Of a DNA stretch of 20,690 nt, positions 6,687 through 15,655 are shown piece after piece (the stretch's first letter is position 1; each line of letters begins with the position of its first letter). This DNA is from Promethearchaeota archaeon. GTDB lineage: Archaea > Asgardarchaeota > Lokiarchaeia > Sigyniarchaeales > SOKP01. The DNA is taken from assembly GCA_048941265.1 (NCBI GenBank), contig JBHLNT010000067.1:1-20690 (forward strand), read 5' to 3'. The notes under the pieces were generated by a model, which saw only the letters and a program-made list of their open reading frames with translations, was not told the origin of the DNA and did no database searches. The position numbers and the translations under genes are program-made.

Positions 6687-9600
6687 TTAAAAAAAATCAT
6701 CAAAATCTTTAGTAACAGTCTTCTTTTCTTTTTTTTTTTCATATCTAAGTTGTAGAATTTCATCATAACTAATGTTTAATGCATCCATTAATTGTTCTAA
6801 TGCAGATTGCAGAAGTTCTCTATATTTTTTAACATCTACATCTTCAAGTGTTGCTAACTCCTTTGCTTTTGCTCCTAAACCATCCCTAATCTTAATTATA
6901 CTAATTGTTTCACCTTTTTGATATTCCTTTCCAGTTATTTTTTTCAATTCTTTTGCTACTCTAACATGCTGAGGAAGCACTTTATCATAAGAATTGAGTT
7001 TTTTTTGTAGAGTAATATTTATAGCATAGTCATCTAAATCGAAAGCATCTGGTTTCCCAATTTTTTTCCTATTTTCCTTTATAATCTCAATTATTGTTTC
7101 TCTTGCTTTTGAAAATTCCTCATCATTGGTTATTGTTTTTAATATTTCAATTAATTGATTAAAAACTTTTTTTATAAAGTCAGGAGTATTTTTCTTCTTC
7201 GCAACCAAACCCTTCATATCAATATATTTGGAATCCTTATAGATTCCTATATAATTCTTTTTTCTTTGGGAAAGTGCTAAAAATTGGTATATTTTTTCTT
7301 CTTCTAGATCAAGATCAAGCTCCTCTTTACTCCATTTAGAAAGTTTTTGCATTTGTGCCTGAGTAGGATTTGAGAGAAAAACACTATCTGTATCTCCATA
7401 TAGAACCTTTACACCAATCTCTTCTGATTTTTTGATTGTTTGCTTAATTGAATATTGCCCAATAGTAGTAGTACTTTCAGCAACAGGTAAACAAAACAAA
7501 GGGAAATTTAGTGAACCAAAAACTCCATAGCTTGAATTAATAAACACCTTTAGCGCTTGTTGAATGGTATAATAATAGCTCCGTTGCTTTTCTGATAAAT
7601 TTTTATCGCCTGATTTTGGCTTAAAATATTTCACTCTGATATCTCGGAAAAAACCGACTACATAGGCAAAGATGCCCATCTTATGAATGCATGTATGATA
7701 AGGGATAGCTTTTAAAATATTAGATTTACAGTCAGAATGAGGACATAAAACAGTTTCATATGAAAGATTATATTCTTTGATTATAGAGGGGTAAAGACTT
7801 GCGAAATCCATAACAACAACATTATAGTGAATCCCCTTTTTTGGCGATACAACATAAGCACCCTGAAAAGTCTTTCCCTCGATAATTGATTTAGAATATC
7901 CGCCTTCTTTCATCTCAGAAATTTCTGATCTCCTTGGGATAAGAAAATTTCTTCTACGATGTTCGAAGTAGAATATATTTTGTACCCATGTAGAAATTTG
8001 GCGACGCACCATTTCATGGATAGGTAATTTTGTCATTCGGCATAATAGGAGGATTAAATTCCAAACTAAAGAGTTATTAAACTGTGTTAATTCGAGAGTT
8101 AAAATAGAATCTTTTAAGTTATACCAAGATAGGATATTATATTCCATTTCATGGATTTCTTCTTCATGTTGATACTTCTCTTTTCCTAATAATGCATCGC
8201 TAATAGCATTTAGAGAACTACTCTCATAAGCCCCTCCGAATGCATAACCAGAAATACTTCTATTGAAGAAAAAGTTAAAGAGATCGATGTGAATTCCTTT
8301 CTTTAAATCACAGTCAGCTTTAGATAAGAATCCATAACCTCTCTTAACATGGATTGGATTAATATCTCTATGAATTCTTAATCTATCTGCTCTATGAGAC
8401 ATATAATTCAAATCAAAGTTATCCCCGTTAAATGTTATAACAATGGGATATTTCCACATGAGCCGAAATGTTTCAGTTAATAATACTTTTTCAGATTTAA
8501 AGAAGATAATTTCTGCATCAGATGGAAAATTTTTATGAAGATTCCCATATGTGAAACCTTCCCGTTCAAGAATATAGACTAATTTTAATCCGTCAGTTGC
8601 TACGAAAGATATACTAATAATTTCTTGTTTAGCTTCACGCGGATCTGGAATTCTGTAATCCTGCTGACCTAAATTAACTTCAATATCAATTGCGAGTCGC
8701 TTTAAATCAGGTATTGGAGTAAGAAAAATATCTAAGTATTTTTCAGAAAACTCTTGAATCTCATTGGATTCCTCTTTAAATAAATCTCGTAGTTCTTTTG
8801 CTATTTTTTTAGATTCTTCATCTGTCTTTTCGTAATTCATTTGAGTTATTCTGCCATTTTTTATGGAATAGATTAATCCTGGTATTAATTGTCTATCAAA
8901 AATATAATTCAAATGATATCTTATATCCGCCTCCCAAGCTTTTATTCCATTTTCTCCTAAAATGTTGCGAATATTAGTACCAGATCCTCCAATATTAGTA
9001 GGAGTTTTACCATAAATTTTTGTCATATCTATTTCTTTATCACTTAATAATTCTATTCGCTTAACTGGTTCAAACCTTTTAAATCCTTCATAATCCGTTA
9101 ATTTCTTAATATGCCTTGCTTCCCCAATTTTTTCTTGATAATTTAGTTTTTCTAAATCTTTTGTCGATTCTTTGCTTAAACAATAAGGCTCATGGTTTGT
9201 TGTATCAATCCAAATTTTTATCTCATCAGTTTCTAAATCATAAAATTTACAGTATGCTTTATTTTGAGTTCCATCATAATCAACATCAAGCAATAATCCT
9301 CTTTCTAAATTTTGAATAATTTCTCCCTTATTAATTAAATAACGGATATATGTTGATGTGACTGATTCTCTCGATATCTTTTCTAATTTAATATCTCCCT
9401 CTTTTAAACCGAATGGCTCGTTATTTCCTTTAAAAAATAGATCCTTAGGGATAGGAATTATCTCGGTTGGTGCCTTAATTTTTGCTTTTTTGAATTTTAT
9501 AATATCTTCTCCATATATTTGATCTTGAACAACTTCTACCTCTACTTCTTCCTCATCTTCAATTTCTTCCGGAATATCGAGTAATTCTTCTGCTTCCTCA

Positions 9601-9725
9601 TCTAAAATTTCTTCTTCATTTTCTTCTTCACTTATTTCTGATTTTGAAGAATCCACATATGAAAATAAGGACTTTTGTTTAAGATCTTCTTTTTTTTTCT
9701 TTTTTGGTTTTTTTTGAGGCGCCAC
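6687..9725 (-). CDS. polB1: Family B DNA polymerase, PolB1/Dpo1 type
   Basis: Exonuclease motifs AIDIEV, FNGDNFD and YNLKD. Polymerase motifs DFASLYPSII, KVFINSSYG, YGDTDS and KKNY. ISTWVQNIFYFEHRRRNFLIP resembles crenarchaeal Dpo1. No internal inteins. Confidence 0.97.
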   Translation of the reverse strand: MAPQKKPKKKKKEDLKQKSLFSYVDSSKSEISEEENEEEILDEEAEELLDIPEEIEDEEEVEVEVVQDQIYGEDIIKFKKAKIKAPTEIIPIPKDLFFKGNNEPFGLKEGDIKLEKISRESVTSTYIRYLINKGEIIQNLERGLLLDVDYDGTQNKAYCKFYDLETDEIKIWIDTTNHEPYCLSKESTKDLEKLNYQEKIGEARHIKKLTDYEGFKRFEPVKRIELLSDKEIDMTKIYGKTPTNIGGSGTNIRNILGENGIKAWEADIRYHLNYIFDRQLIPGLIYSIKNGRITQMNYEKTDEESKKIAKELRDLFKEESNEIQEFSEKYLDIFLTPIPDLKRLAIDIEVNLGQQDYRIPDPREAKQEIISISFVATDGLKLVYILEREGFTYGNLHKNFPSDAEIIFFKSEKVLLTETFRLMWKYPIVITFNGDNFDLNYMSHRADRLRIHRDINPIHVKRGYGFLSKADCDLKKGIHIDLFNFFFNRSISGYAFGGAYESSSLNAISDALLGKEKYQHEEEIHEMEYNILSWYNLKDSILTLELTQFNNSLVWNLILLLCRMTKLPIHEMVRRQISTWVQNIFYFEHRRRNFLIPRRSEISEMKEGGYSKSIIEGKTFQGAYVVSPKKGIHYNVVVMDFASLYPSIIKEYNLSYETVLCPHSDCKSNILKAIPYHTCIHKMGIFAYVVGFFRDIRVKYFKPKSGDKNLSEKQRSYYYTIQQALKVFINSSYGVFGSLNFPLFCLPVAESTTTIGQYSIKQTIKKSEEIGVKVLYGDTDSVFLSNPTQAQMQKLSKWSKEELDLDLEEEKIYQFLALSQRKKNYIGIYKDSKYIDMKGLVAKKKNTPDFIKKVFNQLIEILKTITNDEEFSKARETIIEIIKENRKKIGKPDAFDLDDYAINITLQKKLNSYDKVLPQHVRVAKELKKITGKEYQKGETISIIKIRDGLGAKAKELATLEDVDVKKYRELLQSALEQLMDALNISYDEILQLRYEKKKEKKTVTKDFDDFF

Positions 9726-9868
9726 TATAATAACCAGTAATTAATATTTAATTTAGTTTTTTCTAATAATAATTATTATAATTTCAATTATAATACCATC
9801 TATTACGAATTTAATATTTTAAAATCGTTATAAAGATTAAAAAAAATAGAGGATCATAAATTTTTTAT

Positions 9869-11242
9869 TTATTTTGTTCCGGTGGTCATTCTGATATCAC
9901 CTAAGAGCATATAAGGTGCAAATATTGTATTTCCACTTGAACTTAACCAGGTATTTACCTGCTTCAGCTCTCTCCCTAAAGCAAGAGTATTTTCAAGCAT
10001 ATGGAAATGATCAGAATTAATACGGAGCTCACGAACCGGTTCTAAAATGTTGCCTTTATCTTTCACCAAAAACATACCATCTTTAGGAAGAGATGATAAT
10101 GCGCCTGGAGGGGCATAACTTTGATAGCGAGTATACCACGTTGATGTAATTAATAACGTAGGCTTTTCGGAAATTTCCATCAATTCTTTTAAAGTATGAT
10201 CTCCGGTAGAAAATACGGTATTTGAGGGTTTAGGCATGGTTATTCCAGCATTTCCAGTAGATATTTCATCCTTCCGAGCAAGCGAGGTATTAGTAAAATA
10301 TTGTTTAATTACTCCCTTATCAATTAATAAAGTTTTTTGAGCTGGAACGAGCTCATCATCAAAAGGTGAAGAATCTAAACCATATTCCATAGTACTGTCG
10401 TCCCAAGCAGATATTTTTTCATCAGAAATCTTATCTCCTTCTTTTTTACCAACTAACCATGAAAGACCCATCTTTTTCACATAAGCATTTAATCCAATCG
10501 CAGGTGTGGGCGCTTGTAGCTCTGTCGACACTTTTGGATAAATGATTATATTGTAAATGCCGGGTTTTCCTTTTTTTCCTCCTATTGCTTGTTTACAGAT
10601 CATTCCCGCTTCTTCTCCTGCTTCAATTGGGTGAAATTTTTTGTCTAAATGTGTAGAACATGATAAAGCTTCTCCAGTGGCATACATATCTTCCGCAAAT
10701 GCTCTTATTCTGAAATTTAAATTAGTTCTTTTATAATTTCCCTTTAATCCCTTACTATTAATCAAATGAAATTGAGAATCTCCAAAGAAAAAAGACCCCG
10801 CAACTCTTTTAGCTCCTTGATTTAAACTTGCATTGGTTGCATCTTCGATTAAATCAATTGCTTTCTCACCTAAGTCAACAACTTTTCCATCGAAGATCTT
10901 ATTTTGAATACCATTGTTGTAGTTAAAAGGTCCATCTGGCAACCTTTTATAATTAGAATTTATCTTAGCGACATCTAATAGTCTTTCAATGTCTTTTAAA
11001 GTCTTTTCAATAGCTCCAGGTCGTAAATCGCTAATCATCATTTCTATGGTTCTCCTTTTTTTTGATAAAAACAAATTTAGCTTAATATCATCCCAATTCT
11101 TATTAATATCTACTTTGTTTTCAGAAAATCGTATCTGACTTTCATTTCGTATTATCCCCTTTATTGCCCATTCCGTACAAACCTGTTTTAAAATTTTTTT
11201 TGCCCTTTCCATTATTTCATTTAAAATTTCTAACTTATCCAT
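9869..11242 (-). CDS. pmbA: TldE/PmbA-family protein (non-catalytic partner)
   Basis: PFDDE..P..KT.LIDKGV and STGNAG motifs, no HExxH, directly downstream of tldD with a GAGGTGA RBS. Confidence 0.88.
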   Translation of the reverse strand: MDKLEILNEIMERAKKILKQVCTEWAIKGIIRNESQIRFSENKVDINKNWDDIKLNLFLSKKRRTIEMMISDLRPGAIEKTLKDIERLLDVAKINSNYKRLPDGPFNYNNGIQNKIFDGKVVDLGEKAIDLIEDATNASLNQGAKRVAGSFFFGDSQFHLINSKGLKGNYKRTNLNFRIRAFAEDMYATGEALSCSTHLDKKFHPIEAGEEAGMICKQAIGGKKGKPGIYNIIIYPKVSTELQAPTPAIGLNAYVKKMGLSWLVGKKEGDKISDEKISAWDDSTMEYGLDSSPFDDELVPAQKTLLIDKGVIKQYFTNTSLARKDEISTGNAGITMPKPSNTVFSTGDHTLKELMEISEKPTLLITSTWYTRYQSYAPPGALSSLPKDGMFLVKDKGNILEPVRELRINSDHFHMLENTLALGRELKQVNTWLSSSGNTIFAPYMLLGDIRMTTGTK

Positions 11243-11251
11243 ATAATCACC

Positions 11252-12721
11252 TCATGCTAACCTCACGTTTCTTAATCTAACTGCGGGACCACCAGTCCAT
11301 ACAGGACAACCTTGTCCGGGTTCAGATTTCCCACAGAAAGCCGCTTGCCATTCAATAGTCTCCTTCTTTCCTTGGGCATCAATTGAACCGAACAAACCTG
11401 GAGTTGAAATTTCAAGACCAGGTTTTAACACTAAAGTATTTGTGATTTCACCATTTTTAATTAAATAAGCTTCCTGACCAACATATTTTGACTGGAGTCT
11501 TTTATCATCGATATTCCATTCAGTAAAGGACTTCATATAAATCCCTAATTTAACATCTTCCACCATTTCTTCAAGGGAATAATCACCTGGGGCAAAATAT
11601 GTATTGGCCATTCGAATCAACGGTTCCCTATCATATGCAACAGCTCTTGCTGCTGCATTGCTTTGAGTATTAAACACCGCTGCGGTCTCTCTATTATTTA
11701 ACATTTCATTAAAAATTCCGTTTTTAATTAACTCTCTTCGCTTTGCTTTCACCCCTTCATCATCATACAAATAAAAACCATAGGAACCCGGTAGTGTAGG
11801 ATCTTCAAATATATTTACACAATCATTTCCAATTTTAAAGCCGATTTCGTGTTCTTTTAAATAAGATTCCCCTGCTTGAGCACCTTCCCGCCCTAAAATA
11901 CGGTCTGCTTCGTGAGGATGACCACAGTTTTCATGGGAGATAATTCCTGCCACATCCGGCCCAAGAATAATATCAATTTCACCCTCAGGTGGTTTTTTAG
12001 ACCCTAAGATGATATCTCCAAGGACCTTAGCTTTTTCTCTAATTTTTTGCTCTATATTCCAAGAGATGAATTCATCCCATCCCCCCGTTGTGCCATATGT
12101 AATGTATGATTGCTCATTCTTTCCTCCAGGTTGTACACCTATGATGACAGGAATTAGAGCTACTCGAGGTACGTGACTGGAAATTTTCGCACCTTCACTT
12201 GTTATAAAATAAGTATCTCTTTGTTCAGTGATTAAAACAAAAATATGAATAAAATTAATAGGATGCTTCTCTGAAAAAATCTTTATAAAATCTTGAATAT
12301 AATTGATCTTCTCTTCTAAAGGAACATTTATTGGATTAATTTTATACTTACTTTGCCATTTAACTTCATATATCTTTTCTTCGCTCATTTTAATCGGTGT
12401 TTTTCTTTGAGCTCCGCTTCTTTTAGCAGTTCTATATGCATAGTCTACACAATTACGAATAGCTTCTTTTTTTAGATTATTAGTAGCTGCCATTCCCATT
12501 CCACCATTTACTAAAAGTCGGACATTTATTCCTGATTTTCTACTAAACGCATCGGTAGTCAGTTCAATGGGTAGATTTCCCATATGCATCTTTCCATTAA
12601 TAAAAATAATGGTATCGCTGTTATTAGTTTCAAGCCTGACCTCTGCGTAATCATAAGTTTTTCCATTTCCACTCGCATAATCAAGGGCATATTCCGCTAA
12701 ATCTTTAATTTCTTCCATCAT
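11252..12721 (-). CDS. tldD: TldD-family metallopeptidase
   Basis: YAEVRLE, catalytic HENCGHPHEADR, YDDEGV, RMANTY and CGK..GQ..PV..GGP. Confidence 0.93.
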   Translation of the reverse strand: MMEEIKDLAEYALDYASGNGKTYDYAEVRLETNNSDTIIFINGKMHMGNLPIELTTDAFSRKSGINVRLLVNGGMGMAATNNLKKEAIRNCVDYAYRTAKRSGAQRKTPIKMSEEKIYEVKWQSKYKINPINVPLEEKINYIQDFIKIFSEKHPINFIHIFVLITEQRDTYFITSEGAKISSHVPRVALIPVIIGVQPGGKNEQSYITYGTTGGWDEFISWNIEQKIREKAKVLGDIILGSKKPPEGEIDIILGPDVAGIISHENCGHPHEADRILGREGAQAGESYLKEHEIGFKIGNDCVNIFEDPTLPGSYGFYLYDDEGVKAKRRELIKNGIFNEMLNNRETAAVFNTQSNAAARAVAYDREPLIRMANTYFAPGDYSLEEMVEDVKLGIYMKSFTEWNIDDKRLQSKYVGQEAYLIKNGEITNTLVLKPGLEISTPGLFGSIDAQGKKETIEWQAAFCGKSEPGQGCPVWTGGPAVRLRNVRLA

Positions 12722-12864
12722 TCTCTCAAAACGATTAAAATTAATAAGTGATATAAAAACAAATAATTAATAATTCTTATAGTTTATATTCTTAAAACTA
12801 ATGAAGAATTCGTTAATTAGAATGGTAATGAATTAAGAGAAACTTGATAAAAGGAGTATTATTT

Positions 12865-13206
12865 TCATTTTTTTCCATTTAAAATTCTCTTCATTTCTTC
12901 TAATAATAATGTTTTTTCTGCTATGAACCAATCTACTTGGCTTTTTGGAGGATTTTCATGATATATGATTTCCGCGACTTCTCTAATTTCCTCCTCATTA
13001 GGGCTTATAATTTGTCCGTTTACATCTGGTCTAATTAATAAAACTAAATTATCAGTTTCTAAAGGTTTAATATCATAGCCATTAATGATGTTTTTATTGA
13101 TTGTAACACAGAGCTCCGCTAAATACCAAATCGATTTTTCATAACTCTCGCTAGACTTGTATCGCCTATATGCTAAAATCTCAACTTCTTCTTTTGAAAA
13201 TGGCAT
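12865..13206 (-). CDS. Small hypothetical protein with two DUF2934-like helical repeats
   Basis: Residues 4-31 and 70-97 share EE-x4-A-x3-Y-x10-W-x2-AE. Confidence 0.75.
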   Translation of the reverse strand: MPFSKEEVEILAYRRYKSSESYEKSIWYLAELCVTINKNIINGYDIKPLETDNLVLLIRPDVNGQIISPNEEEIREVAEIIYHENPPKSQVDWFIAEKTLLLEEMKRILNGKK

Positions 13207-13374
13207 TTTACTACAATAATATTTTATTGAAAATAATTGTATTGATGTATGTTAACAAAAAAGATAAATTAGTTTTTAATTATTTCTATTGATATTTTTA
13301 AGCTCATAAAACCACAAAATTAAATTATAATTCATTTTTATTTATATAATAAAATAACACAAAAATCTAATAAA

Positions 13375-13446
13375 GCCTCCGTGGCTCAGTGGTAGAGCAG
13401 CTGACTTGTAATCAGCCGGTCGTGGGTTCAAGTCCCACCGGGGGCT
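13375..13446 (+). tRNA. tRNA-Thr (anticodon UGU), intronless, CCA not encoded
   Basis: Acceptor GCCTCCG/CGGGGGC, D arm GCTC/GAGC, anticodon arm GCTGA-CTTGTAA-TCAGC, T arm GTGGG-TTCAAGT-CCCAC. TATA-like TTTATATA at 13341..13348. Confidence 0.98.
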
Positions 13447-13532
13447 TTAATTAATAAAAGTTATATGTTTTCTTTTTTTAATATATATAATTTTGTCCTA
13501 TTTTATAAAGAATCAGATTAGGGGATGTTTTT

Positions 13533-14900
13533 ATGACAGAAGACATTGTTTATAAAAAAAGTTATACAAAAATATTTACCTTATATTATCTTGTTGAGGG
13601 TTTTTGTCAAGGAATACCAATGCTCGTTTTTCCACCATATTTGGCACAGTTGCTAGGAAATCAATTGGATGTTGCTAAATGGCTATTTATTGTTTCACTT
13701 GCATATTTACCATGGGCTATAAAGATGATAATAGGTATTGCAAATGATAAATGGGGTTCCAAAAAGTATGGAAATCGTTTTCCATGGATCGTCAGCTTTA
13801 GTATATTTGGAGCAGTTTGGTGGTTCATATTAGCAGCATATTTACCAACAGATAATTCTATTTATGTTGTGTTAGCACTGTATTATTTGATGATCGCTAC
13901 TGGAACAGCATTTTCCGATACTGCATTGGATGGATTGATTTTGGATGTAACTCCTAAAGAGAATTTAGGGAGAATTCAGGGATATACATGGATGTGTCTT
14001 CTTTTAGGGATGGGAGCAGGAGGAATGCTCTTAGGATTAATTTTCTTAGCATTAAACATTGTACCAGTTTTATTTATCATCACTGGAGCTTTAATGATCT
14101 TTGCTAGCTTTTTAACTAAGTTTGTGAAGGAACCTCCACTTGAAGACGTTATTGAGAGATATCTTGGTCGAGAAGTGCTGTCCTTATTCACTAAAAAGAA
14201 AAATTGGAAAGTTATGTCATTTTCATTTGTCAGCACATTGGGTAGAACAGTTGTTTTCTCATTCTTTCTTTATGTTATCTTAATTGCATTAAAAGTAATT
14301 GATGTTAAAGCAACTATATTGTCTATTACATCCGGTAGCTCGGTAGAATTTTTAGGGTGGACATCAGTCTTTTACTTTTTTAATGGGCTAGGGACCTTTA
14401 TAGGGTCCTTTTACAGTGGAAAAAGCATAGATAAAAATCGTAAAAAAACGTTAGTAAAAACCTATTTAATCTATATTCCCTTCTGTCTTATAAGCGTAAT
14501 ACCATTTTTACTTACTGGAGAATATATAATAGCCTTAATATATGGAATTCTCGGTGTTGTGCTCTTTGGAGCACTTGATGGAGCACTTACGGTAGCTAGT
14601 ATGACAATTAATGGAAATATAGTAAAAAATGAATATCCGAAATTAAAAAGTACATATTATGCCTTATTGATTGCCTTATTTAACGCAGGTCAGGCCATCG
14701 GTTCGTTACTAGGTGCGTTACTTTTTATCTATATTGCACTAAACTTCCCGAGTATTAGTTTTTATATCTTATTTTTTATAATATCTGTGTTTGGGGCGGG
14801 GACTTTACTTATTAGTTTTTTCCTATTTAAAACAATAGATCCAAGGGACTATGAATTGGAGCATATAATAGGTGAAGAAAAGGAAGTTTACTTCTCTTGA
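13533..14900 (+). CDS. MFS transporter, AmpG/BT1-like
   Basis: About 12 hydrophobic segments, with YLVEG..QGIP, LPWAIK...DKW, RFPWI and SDTALDG motifs. Substrate unknown. Confidence 0.85.
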   Translation: MTEDIVYKKSYTKIFTLYYLVEGFCQGIPMLVFPPYLAQLLGNQLDVAKWLFIVSLAYLPWAIKMIIGIANDKWGSKKYGNRFPWIVSFSIFGAVWWFILAAYLPTDNSIYVVLALYYLMIATGTAFSDTALDGLILDVTPKENLGRIQGYTWMCLLLGMGAGGMLLGLIFLALNIVPVLFIITGALMIFASFLTKFVKEPPLEDVIERYLGREVLSLFTKKKNWKVMSFSFVSTLGRTVVFSFFLYVILIALKVIDVKATILSITSGSSVEFLGWTSVFYFFNGLGTFIGSFYSGKSIDKNRKKTLVKTYLIYIPFCLISVIPFLLTGEYIIALIYGILGVVLFGALDGALTVASMTINGNIVKNEYPKLKSTYYALLIALFNAGQAIGSLLGALLFIYIALNFPSISFYILFFIISVFGAGTLLISFFLFKTIDPRDYELEHIIGEEKEVYFS

Positions 14901-14927
14901 TATTCCTAAAATACCATCAAAAACCGT

Positions 14928-15184
14928 TTATTCAATAAAAAAATATTCTTTTCCTTGAGAAATAACAGATTTAATTTTATCTTCATGAACTAAATCTTTC
15001 ATTAGGCTATATAAAAAGAATTTTCCCCCCATCTTCAAACCAAATCTCTTTTCATTTTTTAAAAAAGATTCAAGTTCATTATAATTAAGACCAGTTCCTT
15101 TTTTTTTCTGAGAATCTGAAGGATTTTTTCTTTGATGTCTTCTGAACTATCATATTTATTAATCTTTTTTAAAGAAATAGGCAA
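14928..15184 (-). pseudogene. Small winged-helix-like gene interrupted by a -1 frameshift in an A9 run (pseudogene, recoded gene or sequencing error)
   Basis: AAGGTG RBS (15197..15192) and TTG at 15184 give MPISLKKINKYDSSEDIKEKILQILRKK. The -1 frame continues GTGLNYNELESFLKNEKRFGLKMGGKFFLYSLMKDLVHEDKIKSVISQGKEYFFIE* (stop at 14928). Confidence 0.65.
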
Positions 15185-15210
15185 TTTTAAGCACCTTGAA
15201 ATTATTCATT

Positions 15211-15621
15211 CTATAGAATATTTTCTTTAATCCATTTATGGATTTGATCTCTAATCTTTCTAAAAATAGTTAAAATTTGCTCTTCTGTTCCCGTAGCTTC
15301 AGCAGGATCGGTAAATGTATTATGAATATTCTTTTTTGCTCCAGGAAAAACAGGGCACACTTTTTTAGCATTATCACATACAGTCATAGCAATATCAATT
15401 TCAGTTCCATAAAATTCAGAAAAATGTTTAGATCTTTGATTTGAGATGTCAATTCCGAGTTCACTCATTACTTTTATCGCATATGGATTCAGTTTTGTAG
15501 GATTGGTACCTCCGCTGAACGCTTCAAATTTATCATTATAGAAATAATTAATAAGTCCCTCAGCCATCTGTGATCTTGCCGAATTTCCAGTACAAATAAA
15601 GAGTATTTTCTTTTTTCTCAT
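15211..15621 (-). CDS. arsC: Thioredoxin-coupled arsenate reductase (LMW-PTP fold)
   Basis: P-loop CTGNSARS, resolving Cys pair TVCDNAKKVCP, and DPA. Likely ATG at 15621. Confidence 0.9.
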   Translation of the reverse strand: MRKKKILFICTGNSARSQMAEGLINYFYNDKFEAFSGGTNPTKLNPYAIKVMSELGIDISNQRSKHFSEFYGTEIDIAMTVCDNAKKVCPVFPGAKKNIHNTFTDPAEATGTEEQILTIFRKIRDQIHKWIKENIL

Positions 15622-15655
15622 ATTAATAAACAATTTTTTTTAAAATTTATAATAA

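Larger units (their letters stand above)
4245..6869. mobile_element. Putative polB1-targeting homing element: replacement polB 3' end, intein-derived LAGLIDADG endonuclease and YkgJ-type cargo (boundaries approximate)
   Basis: The segment lies between the orphan polB tail and the homologous codon (K953, 6869) of the intact polB. Deleting it in silico joins polB in frame to the orphan tail. Confidence 0.7.

Noticed and set aside
9116-9319. 67-aa antisense ORF within polB
   Set aside because: Shadow ORF.
9690-9725. NLS-like PKKKKK at the PolB N-terminus as a eukaryotic signature
   Set aside because: Lys runs arise easily from A-rich codons in this genome; no support beyond resemblance.
13375-13446. 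tRNA-Thr as an integration site
   Set aside because: No duplicated tRNA end and no integrase seen in the window.
13976-14236. 86-aa antisense ORF within the MFS gene
   Set aside because: Shadow ORF.
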